Source: Octopus vulgaris | Lineage: Eukaryota | DNA length: 64,000 nucleotides | Reading direction: 5' to 3' | Assembly: GCA_951406725.2 (NCBI GenBank) | Contig: OX597827.1 | Coordinates: forward strand, 24,552,001 to 24,616,000 | Shown: positions 28,936-42,399 of the stretch, piece by piece | Position numbering within the stretch: the stretch's first letter is position 1 | How the letters are laid out: each line of letters opens with the position of its first letter | Notes under the pieces: generated by a model | What the model was told of the DNA's origin: nothing | The model's database searches: none | Seen by the model: the letters and a program-made list of their open reading frames with translations, nothing else | Program-made: the position numbers and the translations under genes

Positions 28936-30845
28936 ATGTATATACACAAACACACACACATATATATATATGTATCCATGTATGTATGTATCTATCTTTC
29001 CATTTAACTATATATACATAGATAAATAGCGATAGATAGGCATAGAGATAGGTATAGAGTGAGGTAGCTATACATGTACAACTTCTGCATACCTCACACG
29101 ACAATGCAACTAGAAACAAGCTATAAATATATAAAGAATGTCTTGGCTGTGTTAATCAAGCTCTCCCTGTATTATTGAGTTGGCAGACCTGTTTATTGCT
29201 GTTTCCATTGTGTGACAATCATATTTTTACCTGGGGATTAGACATGCAATCATATTTCTTTAATATTCTCTTACTTAACTTCATCACACATACATAGCAT
29301 TCTTCCTTTAATATCATTAAAATCACCAACACACTACACACTCGTCAGCAAGAGGAAGCCACTGTGTGATGAATGCACCTGCTAGAAATAGCAGCTAAAT
29401 CTCTCTCTCAAATTACATTGTACCATCTTTACAAAAATGAAAGACCAAATTGGATGATGTGGTGCTGCTAAATAAACAATCCAGCTGTGACCATCCCATA
29501 AAGATGGGATGGTCATGATTGGAATGCTCTATGATGGCCAAACTGGAATTACACAGTAACATCAACAACTATCTTAATAGTTCTTTCTAATGAAGGCAAA
29601 AGGCCTGAAATTTTGGGAGAGGAATAAGTTGATTACATTGATCCCAGTGCATAACTGGTACTTATTTCATCAATGCTGAAAGGATGAACGACAAGGTTGC
29701 CCTTGGTGGAATTTGAACTCAATACATAAAGACAGGTGAAATGCCGCAAAACATTTTAATAATGATTTCAAATTTTTGCACAAGGCCAGAAATTTTGGGG
29801 TGAAAGGGCTAGGTCGATTACCTCAACTCCAGGGCTCAACTGGTATTTATTTTAATGACCCCAAAAGGATGAAAGGCCAAGTCAACCCTGGAGGAATTTG
29901 AAATCAGAACATAAGTATACGTACAGGTGTGGCTGTGTGGTAAGAAGCTTGTTTCCCAACCACATGGTTCCGGGTTCAGTTCTACTGCATGGTACCTTGG
30001 GCAAGTGTCTTCTACTATAGCCTCAGGCCAACCAAGGCCTTGTGAGTGGATTTGGTTGATGGAAACTGAAAGAAGCTCGTCGTATATGTGTGTGTGAATG
30101 TGTGTGTGTGTTTGCATGTGTGTCTGTGTCTGTCCCCCACAATCACTTGATAACCAATGTTGGTGTGTTTATGTCCTATAACTTAGCGGTTCGGTAAAAG
30201 AGGTTGACACAGAATAAGCATTAGGCTTGCAAAGAATAAGTCCTGGGGGCGATTTGTTCGCCTAAAGGCAGTGTACCAGCATGGCCGCAGTCAAGTTAAA
30301 GAATAGGCAAAGAAAAGCTGCTAAGCATTCTGCCCAGTGGTCTAACAATTCTGCCGACTTGTTTGCCTTACATCGACCTTAACAACGACAACAGCAACAA
30401 TAACAACCTCAACTACAACAACAACATTAATTACAACCTCAGCAACAAAAACTACAACAACAACAACCATAACAACAATAACAACAACATCAGCGGCAAC
30501 AATCTATATCAGCTAATAACTTTTCATGTTTTACAAAATGAAATTTCAAAGCCAAATTCAGTATTAAAGAATTAAAGAATTAAAGAAAGAATAAAAGAAT
30601 TAAAGAATTAAAGAATGAAGTAGGACAGTGAAAAGGGCTAACAGATTTTTTTCATCTAAAACCATTGTAAATTTACAGATGTATAAACAAACTATTTTGG
30701 TGTTATAGTCTCACACTTGATAAGTCAATAGGAAATGTATTGATTGGTTGACAATGGGGGAGAGAAAGCATCAATTGTGTTCCAGTTGTTCTTTTGCATA
30801 ATTACAATGTGTTGCATAATGGTTCAAGCTTATCGTACAATAGCA

Positions 30846-31015
30846 TCATCTGTTGCTTTGGTTTAATGCTTTAGTCTGTTGGCTATGGTCACTGCGAGGT
30901 TTGGCTGCCCATTCTTGTAGGTCCCACCAGGAAACCCGCAGAGCAGAGGTGGTGAATGTTAACAGCACCAGGCGCAGATTGGAAATGGATAAGAATCTGT
31001 TGGGGTCTATCTGTT
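30846..31015 (-). CDS. Candidate terminal coding exon of a small unknown protein
   Basis: Acceptor CTCTTTGTTTTACTCAG|AA; unique non-repeat sequence encoding (E)QIDPNRFLSISNLRLVLLTFTTSALRVSWWDLQEWAAKPRS..NR*; phase matches the donor at 33681. Confidence 0.5.
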
Positions 31016-31714
31016 CTGAGTAAAACAAAGAGTTCTTAATAGTTTCTAATTCTTAGGTCTGTGACTGTTATTAAAGTACTGTTTTGGTCATCATCATCAT
31101 CATCATCATTGTTTAACATCCGTTTTCTATGCTAGCACAGGTTGGATGGATTGACCGTGGTCTGGGAAGCCAGGAGGCTACACCAGGCTCCAGTCTGATC
31201 TGGCAGTGTTTCTACAACTGGATGCCCTTCCTAACGCCAACCCCTCTGTGAGTGTAGTGGGTGCTTTTTATGTGCCACCGGCACAGGTGCCAGGGGAGGC
31301 TGGCAGCGGCCATGATCAGTTGGTGCTTTTTACATGCCACCGGCACAGAAGCCAGTCAAGGCGATGCTGGCATCGGCCACGTTTGGATGGTACTTTTTCG
31401 GGGCTGGCATCAGCCACTAACCTGCCAAGGCCAACTTTATTTTTTATCCTTCTGGGGTTGATAAAATAAATTACCATTCAAGTGTGTGTGTGTGGGTATC
31501 ATAAAATAAAGTACAAGTATTGAGGACGGTAAATAAAGTACCAGTTAAAATCTGGAGTTGATTTAATCATTTGTCTTCTCTACAAATGTGTGACCTTATA
31601 CCTATGTTATCTGTCAGAGGTTTTGTCTTGAAATTTGCTTGTAACCTAAGCCTTGTGCGTGGATTCGGTAAATGGAAATTGAAAGAAGCCCATTGGGTGT
31701 GTATATGTGCATAC

Positions 31715-31774
<60 letters not shown>

Positions 31775-31795
31775 GTATATATATGTATATATATA

Positions 31796-31850
<55 letters not shown>

Positions 31851-31889
31851 ATATATATGTATACATAAATATATAGATATATATATATA

Positions 31890-32200
31890 GACATCAAAAG
31901 GATGTCTTATAATACTATTCCACAAATACAAAAACACCCATACCAACAATCCAACAGACCTCCATCATCAGCTGCCCCATGGATATCATTATGGTTTTGA
32001 CACCTGGGCAGTACCATTCAATCTGGCAGCGTCGACAGTATTATAATAAGAGTTGTTTGGGTAAAAACAAACCAAAGAAACCACAACTTTCAAACGAATT
32101 TACCCTATGTAATTAAATTACTACAAACTCCTGAACATGTAACTAAACAGCGACAAATCCATTAAGTCATACAAAAATTATAATCCCTAGTCTTCCATAG
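31890..32200 (+). pseudogene. Possible highly decayed PLE RT-thumb remnant
   Basis: TWAVPFNLA and later NYNP resemble PLE ..IPFNLARR..TYNP; TA-flanked island. Confidence 0.3.
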
Positions 32201-32230
32201 AATACTATACATATTTATATATATATAGTG

Positions 32231-32280
<50 letters not shown>

Positions 32281-33257
32281 TGTGTGTTTGTGTTTATGTT
32301 TGTCCCATCACCACTTGATAACCAGTGTTGGTCTGTTTATATCCCTGTAACTTAGCAGTTCAGTAAAAGTGACCAATAGAATAAAGATCAGGCTTTTTTA
32401 AAAAATAAATACTGGGTTCAATTTATTCAACTGAAAATTCTTCCAGGTGGTGCCCCAGCAAGGGCACAGTCAAATGAGTGAAAGAAGTAAACGATAAAAG
32501 ACAGAGCTAAGTCTACCACGCAAAGTTACTAAGTGTCTTAGCTGCAAGTTGGAGTTTTCATGGAAAAAAAAAAAAAGAGTCCAGCTGACATGTGATTGGT
32601 AAAGGAAGAACTCTATGAGTGGAATTTTGCAAAGAGGCAGGAATTTTCTAAAGTACAAAATGTAATTCTTTACCATTGTTGTTATCTAAATTCCAGCAAT
32701 GGAAATTTTGTGTCAATGTTAGGAACCAACTTCTTCTTTAGAGGAACAATTCATAAAATTCAAAATGGAAACTTTACACTCATACATAGACACACGCACA
32801 CACACACACACACAAACACACAAAAAACAAACACACACACACACGCGGTTTAACTTGAAAAAACTCTCACTAAATGTAATATTATGACAAGTGCTTGTTA
32901 ACCACAATGACAATGACAATAACTAGAACAACAACAGCAACAACAATGTGAACAAGTATATAAACAGAACCTAACAGAAGCCTCCTGTGATAAGGAGTAT
33001 TTCCTTACAGTTGGGTGATACTCTGGTGGGTATCACTTGTGTCAAACTGGTACCCAGAACTAAATTACTCTGGTCTGATATTTAGGGGTATGTACATTAA
33101 AAATATGGGAAATGGTGCTAAATCAAAGCAAGGGGATGTCATGAAAATGTTAGCAAAAAAAAGGTGGGGGCATAGTAAAAGAATTTTGAGGAGCAGTGTT
33201 GTATCATCTTAGAAAAAAAGGGGGAAAATACATGAGACAACATAACTGTAGATGCAG

Positions 33258-33535
33258 GGAGGAGGAGGAGGAGGAGGAGGAGGAGAAGAAGAAGAAGAAG
33301 AAGAAGAAGAAGAAGAAGAAGAAGAAGAAGAAGAAGAAGAAGAAGAAGAAGAAGAAGAAGAAGAAGAAGAAGAAGAAGAAGAAGAAGAAAAAGAGGAAGA
33401 AGGAAGAGGGGGAGAAAAAGAAGAAGAAGAAGAAGAAGAAGAAAAAGATGAAGAAGAAGAAGAAGAAGAAGAAGAAGAAGAAGGAAGAGGGGGAGAAGAA
33501 GAAGAAGAAGAGGACGACGACGACGACGACGACAA
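33258..33535. repeat. (GAG)n/(GAA)n/(GAC)n trinucleotide tract
   Basis: Direct inspection. Confidence 0.95.
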
Positions 33536-33681
33536 TGACATGATAATTACAGCAGGAGGAGAATGTCTTTGATTGTCTGTCTTCTTGGTGAAGACTGACT
33601 TGGAGCTAAACAACAGCAAAAACACTGACCAAATTCTAGCAGAGGAGAAAAAAGTGGAATTATGAGAAAGTGAACACTTAC

Positions 33682-33751
33682 CATATTTGCATGTTTTGTC
33701 TATGGAATCCCAATGACACACTTGTATTGTGATATGGTTTGGTTTTGCCAT
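33682..33751 (-). CDS. Candidate first coding exon of a small unknown protein
   Basis: AAACCATGG start context, in-frame upstream TAA, MAKPNHITIQVCHWDSIDKTCKY plus 1 nt, then consensus donor G|GTAAGT. Confidence 0.5.
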
Positions 33752-34726
33752 GGTTTGGCAGGAAATATTACAAAGTCTCCAGTGAGGTTATCTTTTAAAC
33801 CCAAATGGAAATATAGATCTTCTCTCTCTTTATCTCTCTCCCTTTTCATATAGATGTATAAGTATATGTGTGTGTATGTGTGTGTGTTGGTGAATTTTTG
33901 CGGTATTTGGCGTTACCAAAATATTGATTTGTTAAATGACAACATCTGTAATTCTAGAATTTATGATTACTTTTTCAAAAAGTATTTCTAAATAACTCTT
34001 GGGAATTATGAGAGCAATAATGAAAAATTTTGGTAAATTGATATATTCTTGGTTCGCTTGGAGAGTCTGTCGATTTCCAATGTTTATTTTCAAAAACAAA
34101 ATTTGTTATTTGTTTTTTTTTTTTAATAGACTATTGTTGTGAATCTTTTATCGTAATAAAAATGTTAATACACCAACAAAAACAACAAGAAAAATAAAAA
34201 CAACAACAACAACAACAAAAATGATAATTTTTGATTAGTTAAAACGAAAATTGGTGAAAACAATTATTCCGGACCACTGATGGTAAAGCAAATGCAATTT
34301 TGATCAATGTCATATAACCAACAATATCAACAAGAACAACAATATTTGGAAGCAATGAAGAAATTACAGTAAAACCATTATAGCTTTTCCTTATCAAATG
34401 TTGCAAGCCATTATTTTTCACACACTGCAGAAGAATGGTAATGCCAGATAGTTTTGATTAGGTATTGGAACTGTATGTATTTGCAATGAAGTAGGTTAAA
34501 ATAAGCAAAGATAATTTTGGTGCTGTGACTTGTCCGAAATCATTCAGTTAAATGTTCAAAGCTTTAGCGATCATGAACATTTTGAGCAGAAGAGAAAGCT
34601 ATCACAAAATGCCTATACACACCTACCTACCTACACATACCAATACATACATACATACATACATATATATATTTATATAGATACTGCATATGCATATAAA
34701 TAAATACATTTATATGTATTGGATGC

Positions 34727-34769
<43 letters not shown>

Positions 34770-36312
34770 TGTGTGTGTATGTATGTATATATATATATAT
34801 GCCTGTATATGTATATGGTGTTAGGATGGGAGTTTTATAAACAGGGGCGGAGATGCAAAAGAGAGAAAAAAAGAGACAAAAAGAAAACGAGAGACTATTA
34901 AATGCCTCCTAAACATCGTTATTACTGATTTATGAAGCCATTCTGGCAGTCAACAGTAAAATATATACATATATATATACAAAATAAATATAACAAAACA
35001 AAACCCACCACCACCACCACTACAACAACAACAACGGCAGCAACAACAAAAGTGCTTGAAAGTTCCTGTGGCAATGCAGTGATGTTAGTTCCATCTATAT
35101 TGGCTGGTTGCAAACTCGGGGAGAAAAACACAATATGTTATCTATAAATTCTTAATGTATTAGAAAAAATGACAATTGAATAGTTTAGTTTGTTCGCTTT
35201 CGTCCATTGAATAGCCAAGTACCTTGTGGTTGTAAATCCATTCTGATTACTTTGACGAATCTAAGCGAAAGAGGATCTATGTGTTTTCCGAGCAAAAAAA
35301 ACAAAAAAAAAAACAAAAAACAAAAACAACAAAAAATAAAGAAAACAAAAAGAAAAATGTTGATGAAACATTTATGGCTTTTAGTTTTACTCTACCCCCA
35401 CCTCACACCATTACCCTTTCGTCCTCGTCCCATAATCCCCTCCTCATCCCCACCCACACCACTCGCTCTCTGCTTCCTCATTAATGAAGAATATGTAATG
35501 ACACAACGAAATACCTGATGTTAAGGATTAACCATGTGACATAGTTGTACGGCCAACAAGCTCATGTTGCAATCACATGCTGATTGCAAGTTCAATCCAG
35601 TAACATGGCACCTTAGCCTCAGGTTGACCTGAGATTTTTAAGAGGAAATGGTGAGGATTGAAACCGTGCTGCAGCCTATGAGATAAGTCTGCAAACTATC
35701 ATTGAATGACAGACTTAATCTCTCATTCTCTTTAATGCCATCATTTGGGATGAATGTATCTTCTTTAGCAGCGTCAACTCGATTGCAGTCACTCAGACCA
35801 GATTCCTGATCTGGGGACAATTCACGTGTTGGAGTTTATCCGTTTTTATCCTTCCTTCTATCTCAGAAGCCCTACAAAATGTGTCATGACCCTTTCTACT
35901 TTGATTAACCTAAAACCTAATATCAAGATTCATTTTGTTTAACAGCTTTTTTTTTCATGCTGGCATGGGTTGCAATGATCCTTAACCCTTTCTGTGCCTA
36001 TGGACCCCTTTAACGATGATGATGATGATGATGATGATGATGATAATGGGACTTTAATGATGATGAAGATGATGATGATAATGGGACTTTTTCAAACATT
36101 GATTATTTATTAGGGTCTATTAGAGTAAAACAGAGATCAAAGGGGTCCATAGGCACAAAAAGGGTTAGGAATTGTATAAAAAAATTGCTGAAATATTTTG
36201 TGCCTGGTAGAAGTATAACCAAGCCATTGTAGATAAATTTTAATAGCAAACTCTTATGTGGATCCCTAAAGGGCCATATGGACCCCAGTTGAGAACCATT
36301 GGGTGAGACTTA

Positions 36313-36856
36313 CAGGGTACCCCCCCCCGCCCCCCAAAAAAGCAGACCCCGCAAATCTTTGAATAAAACAACGCAGAGGGATAGATCGAGATGAACAGTG
36401 GTTCCAGCAAGATGGGGCCAACTCCACCCTGCTGCATCAAATGACTCCCTAACCTGGCTGAGAGAGTGATTTCAGGAGAGACTGATCAACAGTAAGTGTG
36501 ACATTGAGTGGGTACTGAATTCCCCAGATTTGACCCCCCACCTCCCAGATTTTTATCTGTTGGGGTAATCTCAAGGATAATGATTACCAGAACAACCCTC
36601 AAACAATTGGTGAAGTGAAGGCAGGAATTACAGCAGAAATCAGGGAAATCCCTAAAGAGGAATGTGTTCGAGTAATTGATAATTTTGTGCGACGTATGCC
36701 ATTTTAGAGGATATTTTGAAAAGAACATGACTTTTATGCAAAGGGAATGATCAAACACAGACCAAAGTTTAAGTTCGGCAAATTTCAAGAAATTTGCCAG
36801 ATCTTTGTAGGATTTGATAAAATTTTTATGGGTTCTGTTTTCTGGGGGTCACCCTG
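36313..36856 (+). mobile_element. Internally deleted Tc1/mariner-superfamily element
   Basis: TA-CAGGGT..ACCCTG-TA termini; remnants WFQQDGA, NSPDLTP, QTIGEVKAGITAEIREIPKEECVRVIDNFVRR. Confidence 0.75.
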
Positions 36857-37658
36857 TATTTATAAATGAGATATTGTTTTACAACTGAATGCCCTTCCTG
36901 TTGCTAACACTGGTTTCCAAGGAAAGGGATCTCATATTTCACATGTCTTCACTATATTTTAAGTCTGTCCAATTCTTGATATCTCCAAGTCATGTAATTC
37001 TTGGTTTGTTTCATCTTCCTCTCTCCCATTAATGGTCTCAGTCAGCCATTTCTGCTAATTAAGTGTCCAAAATATTTTAATTTTCTCTCTCTTTGATCTT
37101 TAATTATGTCTAATAAAAACTCACTTGTTTTTACTATTTTCAGTTCTTCAGCACTAGTTTCGTACTTTTATTGTACTTTCTTATAAGATCAATATTTCAC
37201 CAATTTATTGAAGAAATATTTGGCGCCCAACCATGGCTGTTTGGTCACCAAATCTGCTTCCCAGCCACATGGTTTCAGATTTTTGGTGTGCAGCATCTTG
37301 GACAAGTGGCTTCCATTATAACCCTAGGCTAACCAAAACCCTGTGAGTGAGTTTGGTGGACAGAAACTGACAAAAAAAGGACCCATTAATACATCCATTT
37401 GACCGATTCCAGTTTTGGAAAATGGTCTGAGAAGCAAAACTTTTATCCTTTAACTTGTTTCTGTTATTGAAGTGTGGCCATGCTGGGGTACCACCTTGAA
37501 GAATTTTATAGTTGAATGAATCAGTCCCAGTACTCTTTCTTTTTTTAAAATCTCATACTTATTCTATCTGTCTCTTTTGCCTAACTGCTAAGTTATTGGA
37601 ACTTAAACACACCAATACTGTTTGCCAAGCAGATTTGGGGGACAAGCACAGACACAAA

Positions 37659-37692
<34 letters not shown>

Positions 37693-37921
37693 GACACACA
37701 CACACATACGATGGGCTTCTTTCAGTTTCTGTCTACCAAATACACTCACTTGCCCAAGGTGCCATGCAGTGGGGACTGAACCCAGAAACATGTGGTTGGG
37801 AAGCAAGCTTCTTACCCCACAGCTACACCTGTGCTTGAATAAATTTAGTGATGAAAAGAGAGGAAAAAAAACAGAATCTTTTCAGGCTTTCTCAGGTTGG
37901 TGGGGCTGAGATGATTGATAC

Positions 37922-38066
37922 ATTATTTACATTATTTACATTTGACGGATATTTGTCCTCATCTTGTTTGTGCTAACATGTTTCAGCTGATATACCCTCC
38001 AGCCTTCATCAGGTGTCTTGAGGAAATTTCGAACCTGGGTTCTCATTCCTAAGGTATTTTTCGATG
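37922..38066 (-). mobile_element. Single-arm copy of the 18.6-kb hammerhead element
   Basis: Minus strand GACAC-CTGATGA-AGGCTGGAGGGTATATCAGCT-GAAAC at ~37975-38017; stem III/I 3' side damaged. Confidence 0.7.
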
Positions 38067-38086
38067 TTATTATTATTATTAATATC

Positions 38087-38625
38087 TTGAACCAGCCAGG
38101 ATCCCTGGTCTGGTGGTACGTAAAAGCACTATCCGACCCGTGGCCGATGCCAGCGCCCCCTCCACTGGCTTCCGTGACGGTGGCACGTAAAATACACCAA
38201 TCCGACCGTACGACAGGCACCCATGCCAACCCCCTTTGTGTGCGAAGACATGTTGGGGCAAGCAAAATCGAAATCGAATTGAACCAGCCAGGATCCCTGG
38301 TCTGGTGGTACGTAAAAAGCACTATCCGACTCGCGGCCGATGCCAGCACCGCCTCGACTGGCTTCCATGCCGGTGGCACATAAAATACACCAATCCGACC
38401 GTGGCCGTTGCCAGCCTCGCCTGGCACCTGTGCAGGTGGCACGTAAAAAGCACCCACTACACTCACGGAGTGGTTGGCGTTAGGAAGGGCATCCAGCTGT
38501 AGAAACATTGCCAGATAAGACTGGAGCCTGGTGCAGCCTTCTGGCTTCCCAGATCCCCGGTCGAACCGTCCAACCCATGCTAGCATGGAGAATGGACGTT
38601 AAACGATGATGATGATGATGATGAT
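38087..38625 (+). mobile_element. Young RTE 3' UTR copy with ~190-bp internal tandem duplication
   Basis: TTGAACCAGCCAGGATCCCTGGTCTGGTGGTACGTAAAA at 38087 and 38279; ends GGACGTTAAAC(GAT)n. Confidence 0.75.
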
Positions 38626-38779
38626 TATTCAGGTCACTGCTTGGAATCGAACTCGGAATCTTGGGCTTAGTAGCCCACGCTCTTAACCACTATGCCATAT
38701 GCCCATGGGCATATGGCACAGTGGTGATATGTGATTGATATTTGGTATGAACCTTTGTAGTTAAGTATCTGCAGGCAAA

Positions 38780-38829
<50 letters not shown>

Positions 38830-39052
38830 TACATAATTGTAGTAGTTCTGATGAGGAAGATCTGGAAAAAACAGTTAGTGTTGTGGCTAAGAAAGGAAAC
38901 ATTGTGAGTCACAGAGAGGCGAAAACACCAAAAGATTAAAAAAAAACAACAAAAAAAGATCAGGTGAAGGACATATACAGATAACTAGTGTAGAAGAGCA
39001 GAGACCATTAAGCAGGGATGAGAGAGAGAGATAGAAAGATAAACTCACAGAC

Positions 39053-39111
<59 letters not shown>

Positions 39112-39116
39112 CAGAG

Positions 39117-39199
<83 letters not shown>

Positions 39200-39204
39200 G
39201 AAAG

Positions 39205-39243
<39 letters not shown>

Positions 39244-39583
39244 AAGAGATTGTAGTCTGCTGGTGAGTGACTCATTGATAATCAGCTGGATAGTCGTGGG
39301 TGGCTTTTGGATGAAAGCTAGAATGTGTGCAGCTGATTTGCTGCTGGTGCTGCTGCAATAATGGTAGCAGTATTCCAGCTTGGGTCTTGAGTTTGGCTGA
39401 GGTTTTTTTACTTGAAATATCAAGTGTCTATTTTTATATATCTAATTTCTATTTAATTTCTATAAACGATTCTGTTTATGTCTTTCTGTGTAGCATCATT
39501 GAGAGAAAGCATAGTAACTTTGTTGTCCAGTATATACCGTGAGTGGAATTTGGTAGACAGAGACCATGCAGGAATACATCACA

Positions 39584-39629
<46 letters not shown>

Positions 39630-39752
39630 TCGTTATATTTCGGAATGGTCATTTTGCCAGTTTAGCCAATAAATATATAAAATATAAATTAGAGATAAAA
39701 CCACTATTATGCAACTCAAACAGTGATAGACATAAACCAATACATAAATAAC

Positions 39753-39786
<34 letters not shown>

Positions 39787-39954
39787 TTTTTTTTTTTTTT
39801 AATATTTATAACATAACTAGATCTCAAAAATTTTATATATTTATACTGTGAAATTTGTTTTATACTAAATTGAATTTTTCCCTGTAAGTTTGGAGTTATA
39901 CTCCCTAATATTATATATAGATATATATATATATATATATATACATATATATAT

Positions 39955-40002
<48 letters not shown>

Positions 40003-40099
40003 TTAATCCAAACAAGAAAACACAAAAAAACACAACAACACAAGGACGTGGAACAAATATAGTATTATTGGATGCTCAGGAAAGAAGGGAAGAAGGAGG

Positions 40100-40134
40100 G
40101 TTTAACGTTTTGAGTGGAGCTCTTTGTCAGAAAC
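40100..40134 (-). ncRNA. Decayed minimal hammerhead motif
   Basis: Minus strand GTTT-CTGACAA-AGAGCTCCACTC-AAAAC-GTT-AAAC; both core defects are CpG-type G>A changes from CTGACGA and CGAAAC. Confidence 0.55.
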
Positions 40135-40809
40135 ATAGGAGAAGGAAAGATCCCGAGAAGGGAAGACAGAGGAAAAAAATTGCCAACGGTACACACGAGG
40201 TCACATATATATATATATATAATTAATAGCCCTTGGTTTCACAGAACAATACTAAAAAAGAAGAGAAAATTGTAAGGTTGAGCTAGCCTGGGGCAACTTT
40301 TCCTGCATTTATGCTATTTCTCTAATTTGCCTTCTCTTGTGTCCACTTTCCACTGTCCACTGGCAGTGGTCTCTTACTATTTTATTCATAATCTCCATTC
40401 AATGCAGGGTTTTTATGCCCCTTATAATGACACTTCACTCTCTGTCTTTCATAGTTATCTTTCTGTCTGCTTTGCTGTATTTTAATTACTACTGATGGTA
40501 TGGACAAATGGTAAAATAGTTTGCTTTGTAACCTCAAATTTTGAGTTCAATCCCACTGCACAGTACCCTCAAGCAATTGATTTCTGTCCTAGCCTCAGCT
40601 TGACCAATACTGGGTGAGTGAAATTTGATAAAAATTGATAAACAGATACTATGGAAACCTGTTGGAGGAATTGTTCCTGGCGGTAAATTTAATCTGTCTT
40701 CATGTTTAACATTACCCCTGACAATACTTGGGTGCCTTTAGCAATAGCGACTCCATTGCAGGGGTTTAAATCAAGTCTTCAGCTTGAGGAAACCTTCCTT
40801 TGACTTTCA

Positions 40810-41115
40810 AAAGTGTTGGAGGCTTGGAGGATACCTTCCTACATTCCCCACCTCCAATGCTGGAGCCTGGCAGGATACCTTCCTCTGTCCCTTTCACCAC
40901 TGTTGAAGGTTTGAAGAATACTATTTTCATTGTAGATAGCAGCATTGGAGGCTTGGAAAACACACCCCCTGCAGTGTTGGGTGCTGGGAAGATACCTTTC
41001 TCCATCCTTGATAGCAGCGTTGGAGGCTTAGAGGATATCTTCCTCTATTCCCCCCTACCCACCAGTGTTGGAGGCTAGGAGGATACCTTTCCTTGTTCCT
41101 CCCACCAATATTGGC
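40810..41115. repeat. Degenerate 30-65-bp tandem repeat
   Basis: (A)GTGTTGGAGGCTT(G/A)GAGGATAC/TCTTCC recurs about 7-8 times. Confidence 0.65.
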
Positions 41116-41778
41116 AGACAGTTCTAGAAATGGTCAACAGCACTACCTCTAAGTAAACCATTAAGAAATAGAATAAATTTTAAAATTGTCTCTTTGACTA
41201 CTTTCAGCTATTTTCTGCCCATTCTGAAGCCTCCAACGATGCCACTGTTCTCCTGAGCCACTTTTATTTCTGTTTCTCTGAAGCAATTAACCCGTCAGCT
41301 CCCAATTCCAATACATGAACCGGTTACATATTTGTGGTTTTCATTAAGGGAAACAAAATGACATTATTGTCTCTGAGACAGAAATCAAATATATCTGTTG
41401 GAATAACATTTTCTCATTTCATTTTGTAGTCAAAACAAAATATATAACCAAAAGAAAAATAAATATGATTGTAAAGCTTTTTGTTTGCTAAATTGTGTAA
41501 GAGGCCCTGAGTTTGTGTGTGTTGTTGTTTAGCCCTGAGAGCACTGTCAGTGGTCTTTTTTTTGTCCGTGGCCTTTTTCCTTCTCTTCTGCCACTAACAG
41601 AAATCAGATGGTGTGTATTTAGTCATGGAGCAGAGTAGAGGAGATGGTATTCGAGGTAGAGAATAGGGACCATGATGTATTTGTGTAGGTTTTTGTTCTT
41701 TTATGCGTTTCAGTCATTAGACTGTGGCCATGCTGGGGCATCACCTTGAAGAACTTTTAGGCAAATTAATCAATTAAA

Positions 41779-41810
<32 letters not shown>

Positions 41811-42399
41811 TAAGAAGAAGAAGAAGAAAAAAAAAGAACAAATGGCTTGCTACTCATGCAAAATTCCAGGAGTCCCACCAAAGCTACCAAATGTTGAACA
41901 ATGCTACTACTACTACTACTACTACTATGACAACGACGACAACGATCACGACCACGATCACGACCACGCCCACCACCGCCGCTGCCGCCGCCGCCACCAC
42001 CACCACAAAAAACAATAATGAGAATTTAAAGTGGGAAATACGATGGTTGTGGTCAATGAAGAGAGTAGATGTGATGGCATGCACCGCTCAATAAAAATAA
42101 TAATAATAAAATAATAATTATTATTATTAGTATGAAAGCTGTTACATGGTTGGTGAGCTGGCAGAATTGTTTCTGTGTCAGCCAAAATGCTCACAGACAT
42201 TTCTTCCAACACTTTATGTTCTGAGTTCAAATTTTGCTGAGGCAGACTTTACCTTTCATCCTTCTGGGGTCAATAAAATACAATGCCAGTCAAGTACTGA
42301 GGCCAACTCAAAATTGCTGGCCTAGTGCCAGACTTTTAAATTGATATTAAATTTATTTCATGCTACTTTAGTGAACAGGTATGTTGTCATGAAATTTGG

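Noticed and set aside
33196-33572. Poly-K/poly-E/poly-S ORFs
   Set aside because: Translations of a (GAA)n microsatellite lying inside the candidate intron.
35638-35875. Possible minus-strand exon (acceptor CATTTTGTAG near 35872)
   Set aside because: All three frames after the acceptor hit stops, and no clear donor.
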